A stretch of DNA of 64,000 bases, taken from assembly GCA_905250005.1 (NCBI GenBank), contig CAJNOH010000220.1, positions 1 to 64,000 of the forward strand, given 5' to 3'. A program made the position numbers and the translations under genes. The notes beneath the pieces were generated by a model. It was given only the letters and a program-made list of their open reading frames with translations. It made no database searches and was not told the origin of the DNA. Shown one piece after another: positions 46,101 to 59,300 of this stretch (positions within the stretch are counted from its first letter, which is position 1; every line of letters begins with the position of its first letter). The stretch comes from Rotaria sordida (taxonomy: Eukaryota).

Positions 46101-48001
46101 ATGATCGTGATCAAAAAAATGATCGTTATGTTGCACGTGCTGATATTCCATTAATACCACTTTCACATGATAATCAAATTCGAGGTACATTTAATATGCG
46201 TAATGATCAAGGTGAAAATAATGGTACAATGGATGTTACACTTAAATGGACATATTCATATTTACCACCATCATCATCAACTCGTACACCAGCTCAACGT
46301 TTAAAAAGTGCACCAACAACTCAACGTGAACCATTAGCTTTATTACCTGATGAAAGTGTATCTGGACATAAAACTATAGCTGAAAAACAACGAGAAATGA
46401 ATGTAAGATTAACATCACGAGATGTACTCGGATCTGATAGTGAACAAAGACCAAAACCAGGTAAATTCAAAGAAATGATTAAAAAAAAATTTTATTTTAT
46501 TTTTTTATTTTAGGTTTACCAAGGAGTAGTTCTGGTTCACCATCACCTAGTTCGTCACAACCAGTACGTAATGGACGTGAAAATTATCATCAACGAACAT
46601 CATCAAATGCAAGTTCACAAAGTAAACGAGGTAATTACATTTAAAATAATATCATTCGAATTAAATTTCTCTCGCTATTTTTAATTTCAGTTAGTTTTGA
46701 TAATCGAGAAGGTATACCAACTCGATTTCAAAATGGGGTATGTTAATTTATAATCAAATATTTAAATTTTTTTCCTTGTTTTTGTTTGTTGTAAATTTTA
46801 GGATCATCAAATTACTAGCGAAAGCAGTCGTGCAGTATCACCTGGTAACTAGAAGAAAAATATTCATTTAAGGCCATGCCCTCAAAAATCGATCTTTGAA
46901 CAGGAGCATTCAAATGTTAGAATATGTTGGAGCTGTAGTAAAGAGGCTATGATAAAAATTTCAGCGCTGTATCATAACGTTTTTGGGAGATATTCAATAA
47001 ACTAGGATTAAAAATAGGTCGTTTAATAATCCAAAATTCTCCGTGGGTCTTCATTCTATATACTTAATTTTCTTTTATCGCAGAACGAAATTTAGTCAAA
47101 TTAAAAGAATTGAAATCTCTGAATATATAAGCATTTTATAGATTGATTGTTGATAAATATGATTTGATTTCAATTTATTTATTTGTATTTGATTTATCTT
47201 TAGAATCATCTGATGATGTAGTCAATCCATCAGGTACATCAACACGTTATGTTGATGAATCTGATCCAGATATTATTTATCAAACATCAACGCCAAAAAA
47301 TACTAAAAAAGAAAATGATGTTGTAACAATTGGTGTACATGATCTTGTACTCAATGATAAATGTTCTGTATTTGATAATGATAATTGTGAAAAAGTATTT
47401 GTTAGTGTAGAATTTCTTGATTATCCACAAGAAGCACTTGAAACACCATATGCATTAGTAAAAGGAGAACCAAATACAAAATATAGTTTTAATTTTCAAA
47501 CTGGTATAATAAATTTTAATTATTGATTTAGTTTTCTAAAGATTCATTTTTCTTTTTTGAAGATTTTTCGGTACGTGATCAATCAAAGAAACATCAACTT
47601 TCGGAACTTATTGGAACACAATCAAGTGGAGAGTAAGTCATTGAATATGTATATAGAATGATAAATAATGATATATTGATTTATTTAGAATAAAATTTGT
47701 TGTCGTAGGTGAACCACCTGAAGATCAACCAACACTTGATTGTGTTGATGTTGGTGTTGCTACTATAAATGCTAAACAACTTTTACAGAAGCAAACTGAT
47801 CTTATTGAAAAAAGCATTGATGGTAAAATGATTTTATCTGTATTTTATTTTTACTTCTTTGTTTTTTTTTTTTGTTTTTCAAGTATATGGAATCGATGAT
47901 AACCCAGAAGTTATTGGACAAATGAATGTAACTGTATCAATTGTTCAAGCATTGAATAAAATAACACGAGAAGGACAAAATATTCGTCGAATACACGATT
48001 A
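40180..48001 (+). CDS. RPGRIP1L: RPGRIP1L (RPGR-interacting protein 1-like, ciliary transition-zone scaffold) orthologue: N-terminal coiled coils, central C2 domains, C-terminal RPGR-interacting domain; over 20 short exons with one roughly 1-kb intron at about 43050..44050
   Basis: Exon 2 ...[44 protein letters not shown] + [14 protein letters not shown] aligns with human [47 protein letters not shown]. Further matches: [36 protein letters not shown] (human [35 protein letters not shown]); [26 protein letters not shown]; the C2 region [40 protein letters not shown]...[26 protein letters not shown]; a second C2 [54 protein letters not shown]; and the C-terminal [12 protein letters not shown]...[18 protein letters not shown] (human VGVAHVDLADMF...LQVTVEALHALRSV). 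ATG at 40180 sits about 20 bp downstream of ggcctataaatt (40151..40162, TATA-like); stop at 47999..48001. Confidence 0.85.
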
Positions 48002-49185
48002 AAATAATCAATGAAAACTTATCATCCGTAGGATGTCAGATAGGCATACATCATAATATCATGATTATAGCTGGGCTCTTCTTCTTGTTGTTTCAATGCT
48101 TTGTGTGTTGTTTAGACAAGTTTCTATATTTTGTTTCTCATTGATTTTTCTTCGTATTTCTATCTTAATATAAAAAAACAAAACGTGTGCGTCTTCAGTA
48201 GTATGACAAGTGAAAATTAACTAAATATTTATAAGTTGAAATATGATAAATATTTGAAATGATATTGACAACAAAACGCAATGCAATAATCAAGGAATAA
48301 CTATCAAAGGTCTTAATGTGTTGACCGTAGAAAGATCGAAAAGTCCTTTAAGACATCGAAACATCGTATCATGAATACTAAATAAATCTTTAAAAAACTC
48401 CCTAATAATTTTATACATGTAGCAAAGATCTTCCTTTTTATCAATTAACAAATGAAGTAACTGCAGATAGTTTCTCACCTGATGGAGTTCTACCGTACAC
48501 ATCGAATAGAAAAACTCGAAAGAAAGTATCAAAATATGGTTCAATCGGATGCAGACTCGAAAAAGTTTAATGAACCGGGTCCGAAAAGTTTGGATACGTC
48601 GAACTCTAATACTCTCACACACCATGGAGACATTTTTTTCTTTCGTCCTCTCTACAGCCAACCTTGTCGTTAATCTCTGTCTAGTATTAATCATCACCGT
48701 TACTACTGGTTACAGATACAAATTAAGAGAATAATGAGAACAGTAATAATAAACGGTCGACATCTGAAGTAATCGTTTACTACATACTTCATTTGTTTTT
48801 TTCGATATTTTTCTCTTTTGGTTTTTTTATATCATATCAAGAAAACAAATGAATCTATGTCTATTTTTGAATCTACGAAAAAAAAAGGGAATATTTATTG
48901 TTTGCTTCCAATGAAACCAAAACAGCAAGAACAATAATAACAAGACAACAACAAAATGAACACATACAAGAAGAAAATAATCAATTCAGAAATACAAGAT
49001 ACACACATACATCTATTTTTTTCTCTCTTTCTATCAAATATTGCGAATGAGTTCAACTCATCACATATACATATAAAGCGTTTTTTATTTTGTTTTCTAC
49101 GAGAACATCATAATTGAATAGAAAAAAAAAACCGAAATATACATTTAGATAAGAAAAGCAAAAATATTGTTTATCTCTATATGTA

Positions 49186-51551
49186 TTAATTAATAAGTTC
49201 TTCTTGTTGTTGTTGTTGTTCTTTATCTTGAATATCATTTAATTTTTCATCTAAATCTTGTTTTTTTTCAATTGATTTTTGTTTACCAACATTACTACCA
49301 GCTGTTGATCGTCGTTTTTTAACTGGTGCTGATTGACGAGCTTGTAATTCGTTACGATATAATTTTGATAAAACAACTAATTGATGTTTAAGAACTGCTA
49401 AACTACTTGATGATTGAACATCATTAAGTAAATCATTATCATTTAATGTATCCGTATTATTTTTCTCAGTAAACCATTGAGGATTTTTTATAATTAATGA
49501 TGGATGAGTAAATAAAAATGTATAAAACCCTAAAAAAACATTTCAAATTCAAAAAAAAAAACAAAAAATTTCTCTAACGAAGGAACAATTCGAAATGATA
49601 CCTCGCATTTAAGATTAGAGATATCACCTCGAGTGAATTCCCCTGTACGAAATAAAAACTTACATTCTTGTGGTATATCAACATGTGTTCGATTAAGATT
49701 TAAACAAAGTATATGTTCAAAACGACGTTTAGCTTTTTGTTCAGCTTCTTCAAATGTTTTTGTTGAACCTAATTGTTCAAGTGCATCGAGTACTTCTTGT
49801 TCTTCAAATGGTGATAAAAATCCAGTTCGTATATCATGTTGTCCACTAAGAACATTATTTGTTGATGAATTCATAAATGCTTGAGGTTTTATAATTGGTT
49901 TACGTTGTGTTGTAAATTTAGTTGTAACTGATGGACTAGCAGAATTAAATTCTGGAACAGGAACATCTTCATTACTTGATGATATTGATGGTTGTTTAAG
50001 ACGTGGTCGTCCACGTTTTCTTCCACTACTTGTACCATTAACTATTTGAGTTGGATTTGTTTTAATTGGTGTTGTATTAACAGAATTAGTATTTATTGGT
50101 GTTCGTTGTTCATATGAAACTGATGAACCATTTGCTGTTTGTCCAAAAACAGTTGTTGTTGTTGTTGTTGTTGTTGTTGCTGTAGTATTTATTTTATCTG
50201 CGGATGAAATTGTTTTAGGTATATAACGATTTTTATTTGGTGGTGTTGGATTTGAATCGGAATCATTTGATGTTTGTTTACTAAGTTTAATTTTAACTGA
50301 TGAACTTTTACGTATAGGTGAATCAGTTGATGAATCTTCATCGTCAGATTTAAATTCAAATGTTTTTTCAGCAAGTAATGAACGATTATTTGGATCTAAT
50401 GTTGATGTTCCAATAGATTCAGATGATTCTTCTGGTTTGGTAATAGATGTTTTTGGTCGACGACCTGGTTGACCTTTTGGAGTAACTTCACATAAAAAAG
50501 AAAAATGTAATGTAAAAATGAAATAAACAATATTATCCTACCGAGTCTTTTTGTATAGAAATGAACTTTTGGTTCAATTTCTTGAAGACGTTTTTCATTA
50601 GTTTGTTTAATTGCTTCATCAGCTTCACGTACAGCCATTTCCCAATCTTCACGTCGACCAATTGTAACTTTTAATTGAAATCGTTCAGTTAATTGTTCTT
50701 TTTGAGATTTTGTTTGTGCCTCAAAAACAAAACGATGATTCTTTTTTCTCAAATTCTTATTATTATTCGATTAAATTGTATACCTTATCAACAGTTTCTT
50801 GAGCATATTTAGTAAATGCTTCAACACCTTTATATGGTATTATTGCTGCATCAGATACCCAAGCAAAATCAGCAGTTGAACCATAGAATACAACAAAATA
50901 CATGCGTTTTGGTCGAGCATTACCTAAGAAAGAACAAAAATATTTTCTTTTCTGAGGAAATATCATTAATATATACCAGAAATTTTAGTAAAACATCCGG
51001 TAGAATCATTTGGATCTCGAATTACAAGACTTGGCCACCTGTAGATAAATTTTATAGAAATATTTTTTTTTTTCATTGAAATATTTATCTTACCAAGGAT
51101 GTCCACCCATTTTAACCCAAACAACATCAGCAACATCATAAAGTATTGGAATTTGTTTATCACGTTCTTGATCATCATCGGCTTCACCATTTGTTTGTTC
51201 AATTTTAGTTTTATTTGTTTTTGTAGTACCATTAACCATATTTGTTGATACTTCTTCACCTAAAATTATCATTATTATTTATATATATATATATATATAT
51301 ATGTTATTTATTTAAATTTACTTACGTTTAGATAATGTACGTTTTGGACGTCCATTGGGTATATTTTCTGTTGGTTCGAGTGACTTTTTTGTTGATCGTT
51401 TTCGTTTGCCGATTTTATTTTCATTTGCATTTGATTCTTCATCCATGCCATTAACTAGATTTTCTTCAGAATTTGTCATATGCATATCAGCAGATGCATC
51501 TCCTACTAATGTATTTGCCATAGTTTCTGAATGTTGTGTTACAGAAGTCAT
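49186..51551 (-). CDS. PWWP domain-containing chromatin-reader protein (HDGF/PSIP1-type or similar), about 6 exons with an acidic/Lys-rich coiled-coil C-terminus
   Basis: Exons in order (minus strand): MTSVTQHSETMANTLVGDASADMHMTNSEENLVNGMDEESNANENKIGKRKRSTKKSLEPTENIPNGRPKRTLSKR|gtaagt; EEVSTNMVNG...QIPILYDVADVVWVKMGGHPW|; WPSLVIRDPNDSTGCFTKIS|; GNARPKRMYFVVFYGSTADFAWVSDAAIIPYKGVEAFTKYAQETVDK| (together a canonical PWWP fold with the GHPWWP motif); AQTKSQKEQLTERFQLKVTIGRREDWEMAVREADEAIKQTNEKRLQEIEPKVHFYTKRL|; a roughly 290-codon Ser/Thr/Asn-rich exon; and a terminal exon ...KKRRSTAGSNVGKQKSIEKKQDLDEKLNDIQDKEQQQQQEELIN with stop at 49186..49188. Exact subfamily not resolved. Confidence 0.7.
51280..51302. 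repeat. (AT)n dinucleotide microsatellite (about 11 units), intronic
   Basis: atatatatatatatatatatat read directly at about 51280..51302, inside an intron of the PWWP gene. Confidence 0.9.
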
Positions 51552-52582
51552 TAGAACAGTGATTATATGAATTGTTGGAATGAAAAATAACGAATTATGT
51601 AGACAAAGTGAATAGGTAATGAATGAATCGAATAAACAAAGAACAAGTTTTATTGAACCAATTAAAAATTTTCATTTATTTAATAATATGTAAAAAATTT
51701 TAAAAATATGTCTAAGACAAACTCAATTCTTAATAAATTTTTTTATTTATTTTTTTGAAAAAATAATATGAAATGCATAAATATGTTCTGTTGATAAGAT
51801 CAATATAGAGGTCGTTGCTAAGATTTCTTTAATAGACTTAAATATAAATGAAAGACAATAAAAAGATGTGAAGTTTGAATGTTTTTTATATATATATAAT
51901 TTTTTCTTTTCTTCTCAAACAAGAGGAATGACAACAATCGAATTTGGTGGTGGACCGTCTATCGAAGCTCGCCGGCAATTTTCTAATCTTAAAGATGGCT
52001 CACAAGTGCCAAAGTAATAATCTTCAATAAATATAAAACAAGAATTAATACATATAGAAAATGACATACCCATAAAAAATTTTATATATTTGTTTTGTGG
52101 AATAAATGTTTTGTTGTCAAGAAGGTAACAAAAATATGAGATGTTCGTATATAAACACTTGAAGCATATGTATTCTTTGAAAAATATACATTTTTTTTTC
52201 GTTAAAGTTTGTTCTAACCCTTTGGGATTTCGTTAGCAAAATATTATCAAAATACCTTGAAGAAAAAAGTAGAATTTTTCTTTCTAAAAGAAAAACAAAT
52301 AAAATCAACAGACAGATCCTTTTCTTCTAAGAGGTATACACACAATAATTGACATTGTAAAATGTCTGCATTCTGACAATTGATTTGTATTTTGACGCGT
52401 TTTTAATCACAATAGTTATAGTATGAAACTATAAAATAATTTTTGTTTTTTTGAAACTCATATTAATTTACTGTTAGCTGTTGTTCTTCTTTTCATTTGT
52501 TATGAATGTCTCAGATTACTTCAGTGAAAATAGAGATTGTGAAAAGAACTTATGATTTACTTGATGAATAGTTTATGCAATA

Positions 52583-53918
52583 TGATTACAGCAAATATGC
52601 TGTAATTTTATTTCAATATTTAATAGATACACGGGATATATACATCAATTACGCTATCGCCATGGACATACATATGGTGAAGAGACACATCGTTTAGGTA
52701 ACGAATTTCCTTACGCAGTACATTCAAAATCGAATGCACCAATTGAAAAAATTGATCAATCTGATCCATATGAAACGCATGAATTTCCTGATGGAATGCT
52801 TCCAGGATATACAGGTGAATAATACATCATATAAGTTCTATTTTTTTTTGTTTGTCTCATAATTAACATTTATTTTATATAAGGTTACATACCTCAAAGA
52901 AAATTTCAACTTGGTAATCGATATCGTGTTGAAACAGATGGATGTTTATCAGAAACAAAAGTTATGCATGAACAAACTAAAAATAAATCTAAAGAATTAC
53001 GAAATATTATTGCTGCTTATCCAAAAACAAAAAGCTTAAATAGTGAAACAGTAATAAAACATTTTCTTGATTTTCATCGAGCTTACAATCCAACCGAGAG
53101 TTCACAGACAAGTAAAAAAAAAACGTTTTCAAGAAAACACAAAAAAAATCTATTTTTATTTGAATGATATAGGTGATCGTCGTGTATTTCTTGAACCACC
53201 TATTCCTGGTTATAGAGGATATATTCCTCGTATTCGTCCAACAGATATTGGTCTTGGTTCACGTTATCATGAAGCAACAAAAAAAGGTTTAAATCGTTTT
53301 GCTCTAGAATCAACAACTTTAACAACTAATTTTCCAACATCAATCGATTTACCTTCAGAACCGATGTAAATATCACTAAAAAAAAATAGAAATTGATACA
53401 ATAAAAAGAATTTGATTTCTTTCAGTCAATCAAGTTATTCATCTAATTATTAACAGGTTTTTCATTGTTAAATATTTGTCCGCTATAAAAGAGATTTATA
53501 ATTTTCTTATGATTTATATATAAGCTGTTTAGTCTATGTTGTCTAAAATTTCGAATTCAATTATTAGAAACATATTAATAATCATTTGTTGTTTTCTTTT
53601 CTTTTATTTATTTAAGTCCACCACCAGATTCGCCAAAGGTTTTACCACGTTCGATAACAAGTTTTTCAAGTCATCGACTTTATGCACAATCTGGAATGGT
53701 TCCAAAATATACTGGATATCTTCCTCGTATGAAAACTTTAATCTTTATTAACCGATGTCTATCTTTTTTTTGTTTCTCTAGAAAGCAAATATCGTATTGG
53801 ACAAACATATGGCGATACAAGTCGAAATTTACCTGTCTGTTCTCATTCATTTAATAATTTTGGAGATTCTGTACGATCAAAATCATCTGTGGATTTTAGC
53901 GTAAACAATAATGTTTAA
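52583..53918 (+). CDS. CIMIP2/FAM166 (DUF2475, ciliary microtubule inner protein 2)-like gene; at least 5 exons; 5' start not resolved
   Basis: Repeated Y(T/R)GY(I/L)P(R/Q) motifs typical of the family: ...NRYTGYIHQLRYRHGHTYGEETHRL| (human FAM166A [23 protein letters not shown]), ...HEFPDGMLPGYTG|, YIPQRKFQLGNRYRVETDGC..., ...GDRRVFLEPPIPGYRGYIPRIRPTDIGLGSRYHEATKKGLNRF..., ...SGMVPKYTGYLPR|, KYRIGQTYGDTSRNLPVCSHSFNNF... Stop at 53916..53918. I could not find the initiator ATG in frame. Confidence 0.7.
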
Positions 53919-54179
53919 AAAAAGACAATATTTTTATTCTTCGATGATATTTCTTTATAATTAATTGACTTGTATTGTCTTTCACAGTTTTCATATAATC
54001 CATTTAAACACATTCCAATTATTAGTCAATATTAATCGAAGTTAACTTTTGTTTTTTTTTTTGTTTGTGCAGTTCACATTTCATTTTATTATATAAACTA
54101 ATGAATAATTCAAATGAAAGAAAAAGAAAACATCTGACAAAATCTCATTAATGAAAAAAAAAATAAATTGTTTTTCGAA

Positions 54180-56152
54180 TTAATTTGAATCATTTCTTAA
54201 TTGAGTTAAGAATAAAGGCCAACATCGTGCTAATTGAACAGTCATTGATTCTTTTCGAAAAGCATCCTCGATTGCTGATTGTACGAAAGTTTTTGCTAAT
54301 GTTGATCGTTCAGCAATAATCTTTTTTTGTTAAAAATAATTAAATATATTTTCATTTGAAAATTCTTTTTCTCTTTTCAACTTACTGGATTTAACTTTGT
54401 TTCAATAAGTAATGGATTTATTGTTTCTGGTATTGGTTTGATTACGGGTTTTTGTTGTGTAATTGATGATGTTCGACTGAAAACTGGTGGTGGATATGTT
54501 CTATAGAAGAATTCGTTTTGTTTTAAAGAATAAAAATGATTTTTTTTTGATATTTTACTTGACAGAATCAATATCTGTATCACTTCGTTCACTCATAGAA
54601 TCTTGTTGACTTGAAAGAGTATCAAGAAGACGTCGATCACGATTTATATGTGCTGTTTCAGTAATATTATTATTATTGTTATTGTTATTATTATTATTAT
54701 GTTGCATTCGCATTACACGACCGATTCGTTGGTCCTAAAAATCATAAAAAAAGTCCGTTTTGTATATTTTTTTTAACTCCAAAAAAAAATAATAAATCAA
54801 ATTATTTACCATAGTCATTGGCTGGCGAGAATCTTGTTTAATCGTAGAAGCTTGTGATTGAGATAAAATAATTTGTTCATACGCAGCTGTAAATGCTAAT
54901 GGATTACCTAAATAAACAGCAAGAGAATAGAACTATTGACAAAAATTAGGCATGGACTGAATTCAAACGTTCAGATTCGGTCTTGAATGCAGTCATTTTC
55001 AATTAATAAAACTCGAGAGGAGAAATAAACCACAAAACGGCTTTTCACAATATGCTATGATAAGTCTACAAGACAGTGAAATAAATGACCCAAAAACGAT
55101 GTTCGGAAGTATCCAAATTTGAACTTAATCGAATTTTAGGATGCTTCAAGGACTGCTTGAACAGCTACCTAAATACTCGATGTGATCTGAACTCGCTGGA
55201 TAGCATCGGAGACCGAACTGGAGCTCGGGTGTGCTGCAAATCAAATAAGAATTGAATTATTTACCTTCAAGTGATAGACATTCAAGTGTAGTAAGTTTTG
55301 AAATACAGCGAATATCATCAAATTTTCGAATTTTATTAAAACTTAGGAATAATCTTTGAATTGGTAATGTTTCCAGATCACACTAATTTTAAAAGAGAAT
55401 AAATTAATTTCGAAAAGACTTTAGAAAAAAAAAAACTTACCACAGTGGTGATAAGATTTCCTTGAAGATTAAGTTCAACAAGATTTTTTAAGGTTCGCAA
55501 ATTTTCACATTTTTCTATACGATTGTGTGATAAATTAAGAACACGTAAACGTGTTAAATTTGTAAAATTTTCAATTCGAGAAATCTATGTTCGTAAAAGA
55601 AATCAAAATAATTAATTTTTAAATAGAAACTTACTTGGTTTCCATTTAGGTCAAGTACATCAAGTTGTTCAAGTGCATCCAGATTTTTTATTTGCTTTAT
55701 TCTTTATTAAAAAACATAATAATAATAATTGATATTTTCTAAATAATCTTACTTATTATTTGCTAATCGAAGAATTCTTAATGAACATAAATAATCCAAA
55801 CCTTGAATACAATCAATTTCATTTTCACATAAATCAAGTACAACAAGACATGTTAAATGATCAAGATTAGCTATTTTAGTAATACAATTTTTTTGTAAAT
55901 TAAGTAATTTTATTTGTTCATCAACTTTTAAATAAGGACATGCTAAAAGTTGTTGTCTGTTAAAAATAAAATATTGAAATTTTTTTCTTTTTCTCATTTC
56001 AATAATAATAAACAAACCGTTTTAATACAACTTTTCCAGTTGTTTGTTGAGATGGAATAGCATTTGGATCGTCTCGAGCGGAAAATCCTGGATTAATACC
56101 TTGAATACCAAATAGAGTATCGTTTAAAGAACGTCTGTTCATCTGAAAAAAA
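54180..56152 (-). CDS. Leucine-rich repeat protein of the SDS22-like subfamily (LRRC48/DRC3, LRRC49, CEP97-type cytoskeletal LRR proteins); about 8 exons
   Basis: ATG at 56152..56150 (MNRRSLNDTLFGIQGINPGFSARDDPNAIPSQQTTGKVVLKR|gtttgt). LRR exons: QQLLACPYLKVDEQIKLLNLQKNCITKIANLDHLTCLVVLDLCENEIDCIQGLDYLCSLRILRLANNK| then IRKIKNLDALEQLDVLDLNGNQ.., ISRIENFTNLTRLRVLNLSHNRIEKCENLRTLKNLVELNLQGNLITTV, giving 22-residue SDS22-type repeats (LxxLxxLxxLxLxxNxIxxIxx). C-terminal exons include a poly-Asn tract (NNNNNNNNNNN) and ...TFVQSAIEDAFRKESMTVQLARCWPLFLTQLRNDSN, with stop at 54180..54182. Confidence 0.7.
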
Positions 56153-56388
56153 ACAATGCAAAAAAAAAATTTTATTAAACTCCGTAAACTCGCAAACAAG
56201 CATCTCTATTCGAGTTGCCATGACTCCTTCCTCCTTTTTTTTTCTTGTTCTCTTTGTCTAGATTCAAACACAAACAGAAAAATATAATGCGTATGCTACT
56301 CAACAGTAATGAATATGAAATTATTTTCACAACGACTGACATTCACGCCAGAAGAAAAAAAAATGAAAAGCAAAAGCATTGACTATGA

Positions 56389-59300
56389 CAGACGAGCATT
56401 AATATTAATTTGAATTTCTACAATTATAGGATAATCACGCATTGATAAAAGAAATGTATTATTCATTGTTGATGGTATAATACTTTGAATTGGACCAAGA
56501 CCAAGTTTAAACATTTGAGAATTACGCTATAAATTAATAAATAACAAAAACAAAAAAATTATTGAAATAATTTTTTTTTTGTTTCATTTACTTCATAATG
56601 ATTTCGAAGTAAACGAAGTTGACCATCTTTACCACAAGATAGAACACGATTTTGACTAAGAGTAATTGCTGATGCATGTAAATCAATAGCGGATTTATCT
56701 ATAAGAAATAGTTTTGTAATTCTTAACAAAAAGAAAACCATATATAGTCACATCTTCTATTCCATATGGAATTAGGAATGTAATCAATAATATCTTTAGT
56801 ATCTCCGATTTCCTTGATATGTGATATGACTCAAAGTATAGTTTATTCAATAGAATAAAATAGAGAACATAATCAATCGAAAATAATGAGAAACGTTTAT
56901 TTCATTTGTTTTTTTATTAATATTAATTTCTGTATTGCAATTATAAATTGAAGTATATAGTTTCTTTTGTCACGCACATATGCATAATTATAGAAATTAC
57001 ACAAAAAGAAACTAGACCTTTTTTGTTTTTAAATGGCAAGTTAAAGATAAAGTTCATTGTCGAACAAATCTTAAATTAATGGATAATCGGAAAGTTTTTA
57101 CAGAAGATATTTGTTCACTTTTAACTCGCTAGAAAGTATCCAAAGATATGAGTCAGGATGTTCTTTTCACATATATGGGCTTAGAAATTTTATTCAAGAT
57201 TAGTGAAATAATCTTTGAAAAACCAAACAAATTAGTTTGCACGGAAAATTTTTGTATTTTCATTATTATGATTCAAATCTAAAAGTTGGTATCTTTGTTT
57301 ATATGTCAGCTTGTAAATTAGAAGCTACCCTACACAGTACATTATTTGAAGTTTTTTTTTGTCATTCGACAAATCGCCTCAATTATCGTTTTTCCTAAAC
57401 GCTTATTTTTGAAATGAGCTCTAGAAAAATATTTGGGTGAAAACTACAGCTTAGTTGAATATCACATTTTAGAGAAGTATTCACTCTCCAAAACAACCGA
57501 TTCCGACAATTTTAGCATGTTCGAAAAGGGACTTTTAGAGTAAATAAAAACCCGTTGGCCTACGATTCTTAAGTCTTTCAAAAAGTCGCTTACTATTCTT
57601 CAACAAAAATAAACATAGCATTCCTAAGCTCATATTCAAATTCTAATCGTGACCTATAGTTTTTAGCTCGTCTGAAATATTTTCAAGCAGGTCCATATTC
57701 AGCAAAAACGTCGGCGTTACAAATTCCATCCAAACTATTTTGCTGAATTTTTCAAAGATTATTTCACTATTTTCCAACAACATTTCTAAGCCTATATTCG
57801 AAAAGAGTGTCCTAACTCATCAAAAACACTTTCTAACGGGTCAAAAACGAACAAACATCTTGTCGAAAAACTTTTCAATCACTCATTACAAAATCAGTCT
57901 ATAAACTTCTATTTTCAAATGAATAAATATTTCAGACAACATAGTATTCCTATTTTCCTATCAAACATACCTAATGTGTTACACACAATTGGATGTAAAC
58001 CTTCATGCCATTTAATATTTTGAATATTTATTCCTACTATAATCTCAAATGTTGGTATTGACCCTAAAATCATCTTATCAAAAATTCTTTTTTTTTTAAT
58101 GAATTAATAAACATTTACAAATATTATAATCATTATCCGTATAAATAACAAGAAGATATTTTGAATCTATTGACCATATAACATCACTTACATGTGATTT
58201 ATCATTCTGAAGAAAACAAAAAGAAAGAAATTAAATATTTTCAAACAAAAAAATAAAGTAGACGTTGAATATTACATGAAGTATTCCATTAGTATGAAGA
58301 GAAAAATCTCCATTACCTAATACATTAAAAATAAAAGCATTTCCATTATGTAATCCAACAGCTAAATTTGAACCATCTATTATTATTTAAAAGACAAAAA
58401 AAGCATTTTTTTTTTAAAAACTTATTCATAATTATTATTATTTTAAAAATAACAAACCAGGAGAAAATCGAACTGATTTAACACTTGTATTAACTTTTAA
58501 TGTTATTGTTGTTATATAATAGGATGTTAAAGTATCATAAATAAGTAATTTACTTGTTTCAGTTCCAAGAACAATTATATTTCGTTCAGGATGTAAATCA
58601 GCACAAGACACAGGTTGCTAAAAAAATAAAATAAAGCATACTAATCAATTTAGATTCTAATAGATAATTAATATTTACTTTAGTTTTTGTTGACCATTCA
58701 ACAACTTTTGTTCTATGATTCCATTTAAATAAATATCGATCAGAACTTATAGAAAAATAAGAACGACTTTGTTTCTGACAACATATACAAATCAATGGAC
58801 TTGTATGTCCCTAAATATAAGGAATTATTTTTATATTGAGATAATTATAAAACATACTCGCATAATAATATCAAATTGTTCTTTTCCAATTTCTTTCGAT
58901 ATAATATAATTTGATTTTGTTCCAATAGCTAACGCAACAGAAACTGAACCTTGTCGGATACAACAAATTGATTGAATTGAACCAATTGTTTCATTTAACT
59001 ATCATAATAAAAAAAAAAAAAAGAGAATAAATAATGAACAAAAGTCTCTCATGACTCGTATCTCGGCTAAAATACATGCTGGAGGTTTGAAAATTTGTGT
59101 ATACATACTGCACTAAGAGTTAAGTTCCGAAGCGTGAGATCGCTCCGATTATTTAAGGCAACCCGTCACCCTTTTCGGGGTGTCTAACAAAACTGCTCAT
59201 TTGACATATTTAAAACTTTTAGGATGGATATATCTCGATGAGTAGAGCAAAAGTTGTCAGAAACTCCAAATACCTTCTTCTAGGAAATATTTGGGTTGCA

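Noticed and set aside
48290-48697. 135-aa minus-strand ORF downstream of RPGRIP1L
   Set aside because: No recognisable motif and no splice signals linking it to neighbours. Likely 3' UTR or intergenic sequence. Not reportable as a gene.
49186-51551. Possibility that the PWWP gene is MSH6, from the ADEAL-like stretch after the PWWP
   Set aside because: The gene is about 700 codons with no MutS domains. The resemblance is limited to the PWWP region.
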